64,000 nucleotides of DNA from Podarcis liolepis. Its lineage: Eukaryota. The notes under the pieces were generated by a model. It saw only the letters and a list, made by a program, of their open reading frames with translations. It was not told the DNA's origin and did not search any database. Shown here one piece after another: positions 52,307 to 64,000 of this stretch (the first letter of the stretch is position 1; each line of letters opens with the position of its first letter). Made by a program: the position numbers and the translations under genes. The stretch is from the NCBI GenBank assembly GCA_965112155.1, contig OZ218103.1. One strand, given 5' to 3'.

Positions 52307-52650
52307 GGACGCAGGTGGCACTGTGGGTTAAACCACAGTGCCTAGGGCTTGCCGATCAGAAGGTCAGCAGTTTGAATCCCCGCGACGGGGTGAGCTCCCG
52401 TTGCTCGGTCCCTGCTCCTGCCAACCTAGCGGTTTGAAAGCACAAAGTGCAAGTAGATAAATAGGTACCACTCTGGCGGGAAGGTAAATGGCATTTCCGT
52501 GCACTGCTCTGGTTCACCAGAAGCGGCTTAGTCATGCTGGTCACATGACTCGGAAGCTATACGTCGGCTCCCTCAGCCAATAAAGTGAGATGAGCGCCGC
52601 AACCCCAGAGTCGTCCGCGACTGGACCTAATGGTCAGGGGTCCCTTTACC
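52307..52650 (+). mobile_element. Full-length young Sauria SINE with a perfect 13-bp TSD
   Basis: TSD TAAAATACTAAAG at 52294-52306 and 52651-52663. tRNA-like head, GTGCAAGTAGATAAATAGGTACC core, many intact CpGs. Confidence 0.95.
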
Positions 52651-55600
52651 TAAAATACTAAAGTAGGGAAGGGAAGAAGATTGTCCCATTTCTGCCAAAT
52701 CAAAAGGTTTTCCATATTCTTCAAAAGCACTAGGTTTTGATAATTTTTTGGCAGGAAGCATATTGTGCTAAATGGGCCATCGGCAAGGTAAATCCTATTC
52801 TCTTAAAAATGACAGAATTTGGCCTTAAGCAGGCAAGTCACCTTTAAACAGACAATTAGATTTTAAAACTCTTAGCAAAATAGAATGATCCAATTTGTTG
52901 TGGACCAGGCAGAGCAAAAATTAAATTAACACTGCACACCCTGAACTGTAGCGAAGGCATTTCTCAGTTGACAGCTTTCTGACAATAGAATTTTGTGCAG
53001 ATCATACATTTTCCCTACTTTTAAGCTCTGAAGCAACATGAAATACTTATCACACAGATTCTCACACCTTGCAAATTATTTATTTTAGATGAGGTTGGAC
53101 TGCAAATTGAAGCCCATTCCCACACTCCAATCCCCACATTGTGTTAGTTAAAAAAAACCAACAACCCTAGTTTTTGTAGAACCACACACACATGCTGTAA
53201 AATACATATACCACTAGAAATAAGTGTAATGTTAGTCTGTAGATAAGGAACAGTTTTAAGCTGGTCTGCTTACTACAGCATCAGTGCTGTATACTTGCTC
53301 TGTCTGTTTAAGATTTTTGGCAGAGCCAGCTGAAAATGGAATTTAAGGCATTTTTAGTCTTGCCTGAATTCTCCCGGGGGGTCAGGACCTGAATCCCAAA
53401 AAGGATATGAATGGGAAGAGAAATAGTGCTTTTGGTTAAGAACATTGTAAATGGACTCTTTGTTAGTGAATCCTAGATGAAATAAGATGGTCTGGGTTAA
53501 GACCAGAGGTCAGGCTACATTATGAAAATGGACCTTCCTAACTGCAGAAAGTCTGACTAGCCGTTTTGGCTTTGTTATATTGCTCTCTCTGCAAAATGTC
53601 TCTGAAAACCCTTGGCTGGTTTGCTGTAATACAGATTGCTTCTGAAATTTAAACACATGGTAGAAAGTAGCTCAGCTACTGGGTACCGCTCTACCTATAA
53701 AACTTGCTGCACACTTTGATGGCTTTTGTTTGTCTGTTTTTGTAAAAATTAATATCAGAATATTTAACGCTGGAGCTTTAAATATAGCCCACTTAGTGAT
53801 CTAATCCTACAGAATACTAGGGTTTTGTCACTCTCATAATGTGGAAAGATCACAGCTGCAAGCTTCAATCAACTAACCCAGGGATGTGAAATCAGCTAAA
53901 GCTTTAATGACCAACTAAAAATCTGCACAATTAATCAGCTAGGCCAACAAGTAACAGAAATCTCACATGGGGAGTCCTGAATGCTTCAATAATGTGCAAC
54001 ATACCATTTCTCTCCTCCCTTCGCTAATTTGGACTAAACAGAATTTGCTTCCCCCCATCCTCATTCCAGTTTGTATCTGGGAGGCAAACTATAGCTTCCA
54101 AGGAACAAACCGCTAACAGTGCTCGATTGAAATCAGTGGGCAGGATTCACCTAACCAACCCCATCAGCAGAAGCCCTGTGTAACGACTTCCACTTGCACA
54201 ATGGGGCTTCCTCCTCCCTTCCAAAGTACCCCCCCCCAAAAAAAATTGGTTGGGGTTTTTACCTCAGAAGAAACCCCAGAATAGTGCCTCGGGGGAGAAG
54301 ACCAGGCAGGGGGGAGAGGGAGCCCGACTGCACATCAAATTCCACTCAGTATGTCTTTTAAACCTAGATCTTGCATAAAACTGATAGGCTGTGAACTTAA
54401 GGTTTTCCCCTAAGCCATTTTGTTTCTGATGACTTGCTGCAATCGGGAAAATTCCATATTCTCAATTTCCTGTTTTTAAAAAATGAACGCCAAATTGGTG
54501 GGCTTTTAATTCTAAACAGTGTAACGTAGCTTTCATTTGTTACACTTCCAAACTCTCCACACATGACTGAAAGTGTCCTTTTCCTTCACCCCAAGCCTGA
54601 CTTCCCAGTCACAAGAAGCCAAACAAGGCTTTAAATCTTGAAGATTTCATTGTTGTTAACAGTCTTGCCATCTCTCAGAGTTCACTATATATAATGAGTT
54701 GGCTTAAGTGCCCCTTTTATCATCTGGCTTTCGACCTCCTCTGGGTCCATGAGGGTCAGACGCTTGATATTCTCCAACAGAGTGAGGGTTGGAGAATTAC
54801 TCCAGCATTAAAACGAAAACACACGTTCTCATGAATTTCTATAACAAATGAGGTTTGGAGTGAAAGATTAATTAAATACCCTTGAGATAATCACAAAAGC
54901 CGTCTGGACTACAAATGGCTCCCCTGCTGCAGAAGAAGCACTTGCAGGTTCACCAAGGTGGACACACATATGGTTTTTTGTCTTTGAAGGAGCTTGAACA
55001 AAAGATGCATGACACCAAAAGAGAACCAGTACATAAAATCAGAGACCAATGAAAATCATCACACTATACAGGTAATCTTCCTGCTGCTTTTGTCCAACAA
55101 CATAATAGGTGTAAAAGAAATGAAGACACCAAGCAGCCAACAACACTATCTATATTGCAGGATATTCATGATAAACCAAGTGTTCAATTCAACATCACAG
55201 CAGATGCCACAGTGATAGCATTTCATACCTTCATGCAAAAGCACAGCAAATGCAATAAAGTCACTTTAAAGTGTGTAAGATTTGTCAAACAACACTGAAG
55301 AAAAACCCAGAGAAAGTGCATTATATAACCAAGGAACTCAAGCTTAGGAAAACTAGCATGTATACTTTATAGAATATGACAGAGGGAAAGTGGAAGAGTC
55401 TGAGTTCTCTTAGGGCCTTTCTGCACTTACCGTTATAGTGGTAGAGTTGTTAGGTTTGGGGCACTTTTTGGCTACACAAGATTGGCATTATTCAGCTAGT
55501 ATTCTGGAATAATGTACTAAAGAAGCTGCCTTTTCTCGTGAGGCCAAACAAACAAACAAACAAATATTCTGACTCGGGAAAGATCCAAAATGGATCTTTG

Positions 55601-58600
55601 TGTGACATGTGAACAAGCATCGTCCTATTTTCTGTGTGGAGGGTTGGTGGTTGTTGTTTGGGAGGAATCTGTTTCCCAACACTTCCATCTGATGGGTGCA
55701 AGCAGTTCAGAGGAGAGCTTTGGCCAATGCAGAGTCCAAGTCAAAGTACTGTTCTGACAGCAATCATTAGCTGCATGCAAAATTTCATTGCAGCAACTAG
55801 GTTTGCAGTAGCTCAGGCAGACACGTAATTCCTCTTCTAGTCTCCTAGACAACCACAAAATCACAATTCTGGAATACTAGGCATTAAATACCCTGCCCTG
55901 AAAAAGAAATCCCGGAAAGGGCTGCCCATGTCCAGAATGCCAATATTTTCTGGCTGAAGGAACATGAAGGTGTGACTACAGCCATGGAACAATTCTCACT
56001 TCAGGTACTTTTTTGTGGAGAAAAAACCAGCCCTTAATCTTTATTAGGAATCAGATTTGTTACTCAGCTCTCTTCCTGAAGCTTCTGATTTCACTCACCA
56101 TTTAAAACTGTACTCTGCTTTTCACCTGGCATGTCTCCTTAGATGCAAAAAAGTTATTTCCTGCAATTCCTAGAACTTTCTGTGGCCTAAGGTGCCATTA
56201 TGTAGCTGATGTTCACCAGAGCTACTCTTCTTTAACTGGGTCCAACAGCAGTAACACAAAGTACTTAGTAGAAAAAGCAGGTCCACCAAAATTATTATCT
56301 TGGGGTAGCACAACTGCATTGTATAGCACAACTACGGCAACCATTGCTGAATGTTTACTTTAAAAGAGGGTGGGGAATCAAGCCCTGTTGTCATAAAGAT
56401 AAAGCTGCAAAAAAATGTCCAATCTTTGGGCTTCATGTTTGGATGGATATGAAATTAGATTAACAGATGCTGGCAGGTTCCCTGCTGTGGCAGTAGGAAG
56501 AGAAAGACCTAAACTGGCCAGATGGAGGAAGATGGAAGCAAAGGGTAGCACTGGAGAGTGGTTGCGTGGGTTTGGTCCTAATCCTAATAAAGGTATTCCT
56601 TCATTTGCTTCTGAATATTAAACACATGACAGAAAGAAGCTCAGCTGCTGGGTACTGAAGGGCGAAGGAGGGGACTGGCTTCTCATTTGAAATCCAACCC
56701 TTTAATGAGAGTGCACTGCGGGCTTAAAGATAAAGGGAGCCTTTGATCAGAAGCAGAGCCTTGCTGCATATGGGGAGTGACAAAGACATACTGTGAAGGG
56801 CAATGGACACTTGGGCAGCCATCTAAGGGAGTTGTGCAAGCACACAGTGTGTGGTACTGGAAGCAACATCTGAGCCATAACCCTCCTTGTGTCACAATGA
56901 GGACTTCAGGACTTTGAAGTCCTGTCCCTCTTCTAACGCACCTGGGTAACGTAACCGTTATCAACCCACAGGGGAGAGGGGAACTTTGAAAACATACTAA
57001 AAGGAAAAATCTGATTTTAAGATAGATCCCACTAAGGTGACTATTTTGGCAGCAGAACGCTGCATAAAAGACAATGTCCATTCAGCCACTTTAAGGTCCC
57101 AACAGATAGTCATGGCCAGGTATTTCAGCTGTTTTTTAAGGACATCAAATGTGGGTTTGGTTTTGAAGGTGCTGTCAGCTGAAACCACTGGCTCGCTTGC
57201 CTTTGACTATCAAAACCTGATGCTTAATACATCCATCTGTCATTTGCTTAAACCTGCATTTGTAGCTGTATGATAAAACTGTGTCCCTGGAATGCTGGAA
57301 TAACGTTGAATTTCTGTCCATCTATCCTATTAAGGGTCCATAAATTAGCCTTGCTGAACCTGGTGATTTATATATATGTTTACTACAATTCCCATCAGGT
57401 CCTGTCAGTAGAGCATCAGGTTTAGGAAGGGTGTCATGGAGCAAGTTTGCTATCCAGTGCTCTAACCACTATTGTGCACAATTTACCCTTCAGCAAGGAT
57501 TAACTTTGGCAAGGAGTGACAAGCATTTGCTGGAACCGTGCACTTCCCTTGATGCCAGTGATGCAGCTAAACCAAGTGCACTAGAGGCAGGCTTTTCTTA
57601 CACAATTTATAGAACAGCATGTCTGGGTTTATTGCCTTGGTATGTTCCGTGAGACTGTTAAATTGCTATGGTGTAAGAGTCAGTGAAAGCAGGCTGAAAG
57701 ACACAGATGTGCAGCTTTCTAACTGATTAGCTAAAAGTAAATGAAACCAAGAGACCCTCACTAAGTAATGATTTTCCCCAGAGTAAAGGGCTCCACTTAT
57801 CTTCATAGTCTCAACCTCTATACCCAGATACAAATGCTGCCTGCTTTCATTAGCAGAGACGAGAACACAGAATTTGAGGCTCTGCCTAATTAAATTCAGC
57901 GTATTATTACTGACCCTGCTTCGACAAATATACAGGCTGAACGGGGAAGGTGGGGAATCTGTATGCAGAAAGAGATACATATCTATATTTCACAGAGATC
58001 TATTGCATTCATACTGATTACCCAAACTTCAATTTGATGCAAAGGAGGACAATGTTCATGTACCTAGAATAGCTGGACTGAAGAAGGAATTTTAACAGGT
58101 GCAGGTCGTTAGGGAGGGGTAAGAAAAGCTGTACCTGATGAGCCTCTTCAATACAAGTTATTTCATACAGGAGTTCTGACCTTTATATACAGTCAATCTA
58201 TCTGTGATGGATAAGAGGAAGGGAAAATCAAGACAACACGCTGAGGCTTAAAAGCTGCAGAAATGCAAGGAGCAAAGTCTGAGAGCAAGGTTGTTCTAGA
58301 TAATTGGAGGATGACCTCTATTTGCCAGAACAGCAAGCAATAGGTACACACAGCACAATTTCCTTTGGTAGTGAGATAACCACATATATTCCTTATTTAA
58401 ACCAATACACATGGTACTCAATGTGTTAATAACTTCTAATTCAGCAGGTTTTGCTTTGTTTTTTTGTCCAGTCCCCTTAAAAATTAAATGTAGCACCTTA
58501 AAGGCTCAAGGTAGAAATGTTTCCCTACTAGATGCTGAACATTTCCAGTTTTCAATGTTGAACAGGCATTCATTCATTTACTTTTATCCTACTAAAGTGA

Positions 58601-59149
58601 AATAACTGCTAGAAAGGCATGGAACTCAGTTGAAATTTCTCCATCACTAATAGTGTAATCTCTATGTATGTTTACTCAGAAGGGAGTTCAATGACACATG
58701 CTCCCTGGCAAATGTGTCTAGTGCTGCATCTTTAAAAGTACACTTCTAGAGCCCTGGTACTGCCATGCACAAAGGAAACAACTAGACACACACGTACTAT
58801 TATTTAATTATTCAAAGAAGATTCTAATGGGCTGTTAACAAGAACTGCCTTCCCAGAGTGTGTGTACAGCACTTGCAGGCTTGGGAAGGCTGGATGAATA
58901 TTTTATAAACACTGATGGGGAGCCAAACCTATTTCCAGGAGAGTTTTCCCTTGCTTTGGCAATGTGAGGAAATTGAAAGAGAAATAACCCATTAATTTGC
59001 TCCAAGTCTAACGACTGCAAAACAAACAAACAAATAAATAAATAAATATGCAGACATGTAGTCATTCAGTAAGTGATATAAGTGCCAAATTGAATGAACC
59101 ACAAATGTGAGGACTGAAATATGGTTCTGCTGAAAAGCTAATCATCTTA

Positions 59150-59378
59150 GGCTTGTATCAATATAGCACTAAGTAACCATCCCTCCGGCGTAAGGATTTA
59201 TGCTTGCACAACAGGACTTTCTGCCCCTCTGTACCCTCTCCAAATATGCTCCAGAGAGTGGGGGAACCTGCAGGAAAGATTTAGGGGCCATGCATGGAGA
59301 GGTGAGAGAAAGTCCTGTTGTCCGTGTAAATCCTTGTGCTGGCTGGCTGGTTACTTAGCGTGACATTGAATACAAGCC
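59150..59378. mobile_element. ~230-bp foldback (MITE-like) element; related decayed copies near 17000-17190 and 54135-54375
   Basis: GGCTTGTATCAAT..CACTAAGTAACC pairs with GGTTACTTAGCG..ATTGAATACAAGCC, and CAACAGGACTTTCT pairs with AGAAAGTCCTGTTG. Confidence 0.8.
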
Positions 59379-60737
59379 AATATCCTCATGTCAATCTCTA
59401 CCCTTGATTTTGAAGCATATATCTCCCATTTCTGCATATGGGGAAAGACTAGCAAATTCTTTATTTTCTACCAGTGGACATCCAGTCTTTTTCTTCTTGA
59501 CAAAGAAATTTGTCAAGAGCTTGCTTTATAAACTTGGTGGAGTTTATAAAGCAACAGCCCAAATAATGTGCTACCCAGTCCTATTCCACAGAAACCAGTG
59601 GCTGATGCTTCTTAGGCACAGAACCAAAAATTCTAAAACTTATTCTTTCAAGAGTCAGATCTTTCTGTGATTTTAGTTGTAACTTCTTACACATTAGCAA
59701 AACTGCCTCTCTCTAGCAGAAGAGCCAGAATCAATCACTTATGGACTAGTTGTACTGCATAACAAAAAACAAATTGATCCAGATTTATCCTTAGCAAATG
59801 AAATTACAATCCTTTAAATCAGGGTTGCAGGAGAGCAAGGAAGACAACTCTAATAAACCACTTTCTTTCATCAGAGCACACTGCTGGATTCCTAAGTGTG
59901 TGTGAGGAATGTCAAATCCTTCCCTGTCCCTAATGTAAACCTTATGCCTAGCTCATACAGTGGCTAATATCACATCATAAAGAAAACATGGAACTAAGAG
60001 CCTTTTGCTCATAGTGCACATGTCAACATTCATAGGATCTTGGCAACCACACATGCATTTACTCTGTAGGAGCTGCAAAACACCACTCATAAGAGCTGAT
60101 AATTTTAATGTATGCCGTGCTAGATTGGCATCCTTTTAAACCAAATTGGACAGGCCCTTTTTATGTAGGCCATGCAACTGTTTTCACACTGTGGTCCAGC
60201 AACCCCTGAAGTTTCAGTCCATCTAAATGTACAGCTTTGTTCTATTCAGTTTGTACATCAGTACAAAATATGCTAGACTAAAGGGCAACTGTCAGCTTTA
60301 GAGTCTGAGTAAAAGGCTTTTTTGTTTTGACATTGCACAGAATATTGCTCTGGTTCTATCAATTTTATGTCTCCTAAATTGTCAGACTGGGGTTTCTTGA
60401 CACTTTCCAGTTTTGATTGTTAATATTATTAGATCTCATGATTCTAGTCTGAATTCCGCTACACAGTAGTTCTTCTGGAAAGCATAACAAAAACCTTACG
60501 ATTCCCTTTCCAAGGTGGGATGTGTCTGACTTCAAGCAGTAAAAATCTGTCTGCTATTTGCACAACAAAACATGGGTCAGGGTGAAGCCAAAGCTGGCCT
60601 ATATAATGCTACATTCATACATGCTCAAATAGAGCCTAGATTAGATTCAGGTATTATTGGTGCTGTTCAGGGATGAGTTTGGTTAACATCAGAGGTCCAC
60701 AAATACAGTAATCACAATTTACTAGCGGCAAATTTGA

Positions 60738-60928
60738 GGAGGGTTGTAGCTCAATCATTGAACATCTACCTTGCATTCAGAATGTCCCTGGTTCAATACA
60801 AGATCTTTCCAGGTAGGGCTTTGGAAAATCCTTGCCTCAAACCCTGGAGAGCCATTGCCAATCAGTGCAGGCAGTACTGAGCTAGATGGACCAATGGTCT
60901 GACTCAGTATAAGGCAACTTCCTATGTT
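60738..60928 (+). mobile_element. tRNA-derived SINE (Squam2-like) with a CR1-like tail
   Basis: GTAGCTCAA and CCCTGGTTCAAT A/B-box-like motifs, then ACCCTGGAGAGCCATTGCC, TACTGAGCTAGATGGACCAATGGTCTGACTCAGTATAAGGCAACTTCCTATGTT. Confidence 0.8.
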
Positions 60929-62379
60929 ATTATTGGTTGTCAAGCTCCAGGACCAACTCAGCAATAGAGGCAAATGAGTCAACTCCATGGAGTTTCAAGA
61001 TCTCAAGGGTGCCAGCCTCAGCCATGTCTGAGAGAGAGACAGAGAGAAAGAGAGAGACAGACAGAGAGGGGTGCTGCCCATGTTTTAAAATGAGGTTCAC
61101 AGTTGCAGCTTGCAGCTAGATTACATCCCCTGTATTTCAAGGTTCTTCTGAGCTCTATCAACTTTACATGGCTCGATTATAATTATAATAGGGAGGAGTA
61201 ATGAATGCAAAAAATGTATTCTGATCCAAAAATGTATATTGATCCAATTTAAAAGCATGATCTGATGCACATTTACTCACAAGGAAGCCCTGCCAAGCCC
61301 AACCCAAAATGTGTGGGCACTTGGTTATCCTAGAGCAGAAATATAATTTTGGTTCTTTAATGATCAAGAATAGATCAATCTGCTACCCGTTGTATTGCTG
61401 GGAATAAAAATACAGTTAAAAAGGTAGGAGGGAGGATCTATACATAAGGAAAGTAAGTTTGCAAAGTAATATCAATTAAATAGTTACAACAAAATATGGC
61501 AGGGGAAAGCATCAGCAGGAAATACAGCCCAAACCCTACTAAAATATTCAAATCCAATGCAAACAAAGACTTTAGATGGGGCAAGAAGGCTAGAGAGTGA
61601 ATTATTTCTCTCTCATCCTGTGAATGTAGCAGCTTCTGTAAGCTCAACGGGAGGGTGAAGCCTTTTCTTGCCTAGGATTCAACTAACCCCAGAATACCAA
61701 GGGCACCAAAATGCATTCTCATTTCCCAGGGTTCTGTATTTGTGACTCCTGCCAACTGAGATTTCCCAAGCCAAAAGGGGACTGTTTTTATTATTGCGGT
61801 GAACAAACTTTGAGTGCTGGGGACACAAGGGTTCAGGGACACTCTTTGGTTCTCCACAAGCTGGGCTACAGAAAGCTCCTTACACCTGCAATCTGATCAG
61901 CAGACACTCTCTGGCATCTGCTGTCAAAAGAAATTTGGTGCTGCCCTTTTGCCTGTCAGCCAGACAACCCCTGGAAAATAATGGGGGGGGGATTGCTTTG
62001 TGTCTGACTAACATTCTCAGGAGAACAAAACAACTCCCACCTCCAGTTGTGACCAAAGGCAAATGTGGACCTTTCTATGATGCAACTGAAAAATGGATGC
62101 TGTTCTAGAGAGACACATTTCCAAAACTAGGGCACTTTTAGACAAATTTTTATAGTGGAAAACAATAGCTGCTCTCAGGTTATAGGTTAGGGTGCTATAA
62201 TGAACATAACTTTGAAATGCAACCTGGTGAGGATCTTTTCTTCTTTTTAAAAATGCCTCTTCCATGTTATAGACTGTTGTTAACACTAGGATCTAGAGTA
62301 GGGAGAGGCAACCTGATGTCTTTTCCGTGGAAAAGCACCCTGGTCCACTCATGGAGCCATTCTCCTACGGATGCTTCAC

Positions 62380-62462
62380 CTTCTGGTTGGTCACTGTAAG
62401 AACAGGATGCTGGACTAGATGGGTCCTTGGCCTGATCCAGCAAGCTTTTCTTATGCTCTTAA
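62380..62462 (+). mobile_element. CR1 LINE 3' end
   Basis: AACAGGATGCTGGACTAGATGGGTCCTTGGCCTGATCCAGCAAGCTTTTCTTATGCTCTTA. Confidence 0.75.
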
Positions 62463-62898
62463 CACATGTAGCTTGAAGGAATGGGGCAAGCAGAGGATGG
62501 GGCCTCTGGCCTGCATGTATGCAGAAGATTGAATCTTTCATTCACAGACAGCCTTCAGTTCTTCCCTTTGCGCATAAACACATGCAACTTCTCTGTATCT
62601 CAGTGTTGTTAAGTGGTAGCAACAGCAACAAAAAATGCAGAAGCCTATCATGCATACATGCGCAGCAGCAGCAGCAGCAGCAATAGCAGCTCAAACATTA
62701 TGGTCAACCCTTTCAATGGACCCATTCCCTACATCAGAAAGAGTAGGCTATCTGCCAATGCATCTGTCTTTACATTCTCTCCCCCATTGAAAGGGTTAAC
62801 TTGGTGCATGCTTATATAATGCCAGCGCTCCCAAGAGACAAGCCTTCAGCTCACACTGCCCCATCATGCCTGTGTAGTCTGCCAGCTTGGTACAGTAC

Positions 62899-62913
62899 CT
62901 GAGGTTGGAAGAA
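62899..62913 (-). CDS. NFASC: Neurofascin 15-nt linker microexon after FNIII-4 (homolog of the mammalian ATPTA insert)
   Basis: ...gctgcacactctgaag|TT CTT CCA ACC TCA G|gtactg. Phase 1-1, encodes (V)LPTS, has a long upstream pyrimidine tract, and sits at the expected position upstream of the PAT exon. Confidence 0.85.
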
Positions 62914-64000
62914 CTTCAGAGTGTGCAGCGCCAAACACAGGGAAGGGGAACATGAGGAAAGAAGGGAAAGAGAGAACACAGGAATATATAAAACCACAGC
63001 ACAAACATGGTACATAAACATGGCAGGCGGAGGCTGTAATAAAGAGAAGGTGTGTTAGTCCTCCATATCCCACGGCTACCCCCAGCCAATCTTTACCATA
63101 AATGACAATCCAAACCAACGCAGGGAGACACAGCTGATTTGGTTTCCTTCACTGTATCTTCATTTCTTGTTCCACAGTTTGTGGTTTTAAATTCAACCAA
63201 ATGGGTCTTTCGCATCCTGTCAACTTCCATTTGAGTCCCCTAAATGTCAGGACAAATTCTATTCTACTGCAACTTGGCTGCAAGCTCATTATCGATTCTT
63301 AGACACTTATGATGGATGAGACAATAGGCAATGCAAATAACCACAGGAATACTGTATTTCATTTGCACCCCCTGGCTCAAATAACGTCTGCGAGAAATGG
63401 AAGCTGTGGCTTGGATCTTTATTTCCATTTATAAATGCCTCCCCTGCATCGGTAGGAGAAAAGAAAATTGGCAAGGCTCCCTCTAGGCAACATGCTTTTG
63501 TGCAATTCCAAATGCTTAGCTGCGTATTGCAGAGTGTCTGATGGGCCTAAACGTTCTGCCTACGGAGACTGCTCAACATTCATTAATAATCTGAGTGGTA
63601 CACATCTCCGCTATTATTTGAAGATCCTGTAAAACCTCACTCATGAGATTCCACTGCGGGACAATTCCCTTGACCCACAAGATCACTACAGTATTTATGA
63701 AATCTTTGCTGAATTCCAGTTGTGTTGCCACATACACTGAGGCAGTCTTGCATTACCAACACCACATGCAGAAGTCAATGTAGTTTTGGGTTTCGCACAC
63801 TGCTTTGAATACTCACAAAACAACAATAATCACAGTATGAAGAATCTTCTGCATCTGGTGGCAGTCTGCACACTGTCACTTTAACACATGACAGCTATGA
63901 CAGCTATGGGTAGAGTTCAGCATGCAAATGAAAGAGGACCTTGGCTACTAGAATGCTACCAGGAGGGTGTTTTTCTTTTTCTTTTTTAAGCATAAAGCCA

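Noticed and set aside
54685-54805. Minus-strand open stretch reading SNSPTLTLLENIKRLTLMDPEEVESQMIKGALKPTHYI
   Set aside because: No good acceptor, no recognisable homology, and short enough to arise by chance.
58075-58185. CTGATGAG resembling an amniote intronic hammerhead core
   Set aside because: No following helix II-GAAA or NUH geometry. It looks like part of a decayed DNA-transposon palindrome.
60738-60810. tRNA-like sequences here and at 11630, 24095 and 52307
   Set aside because: These are SINE heads with degenerate stems that run on into SINE bodies, not functional tRNA genes.
1-64000. CRISPR arrays, operons or other prokaryote-type systems
   Set aside because: The sequence is clearly vertebrate exon-intron DNA and contains no regularly spaced repeat-spacer array.

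Overview
This is vertebrate genomic DNA, most likely from a lacertid lizard (Podarcis-like), judged from Sauria SINEs with ACCTTT-type tails and other squamate repeats. The right-hand ~43 kb holds the 3' part of neurofascin (NFASC) on the minus strand. I traced eight coding exons whose reading phases fit together: a 15-nt linker microexon (62899-62913), the mucin-like PAT exon (50748-50975), two exons of the fifth FNIII domain (48274-48393, 46284-46424), the transmembrane exon (38042-38173), a cytoplasmic exon (35034-35103), a 12-nt RSLE microexon (30401-30412) and the terminal exon with FIGQY and the C-terminal SLA (26672-26903). A long 3' UTR probably runs down to about 20.9 kb. A CpG island at ~6.6-7.8 kb has a minus-strand splice donor at 7040/7039; by conserved synteny it is most likely the promoter and non-coding first exon of CNTN2. 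The rest is intronic or intergenic DNA with SINEs, L2/CR1/RTE/Penelope remnants, hAT-like MITEs and microsatellites. I found no convincing new biological system. The best leads are splicing-level: the two microexons, candidate cryptic in-frame exons in the variable ectodomain region, NOVA/RBFOX/QKI motif clusters, and a decayed Penelope-type hammerhead ribozyme. Repeat family names come from pattern recognition, not from a database search.
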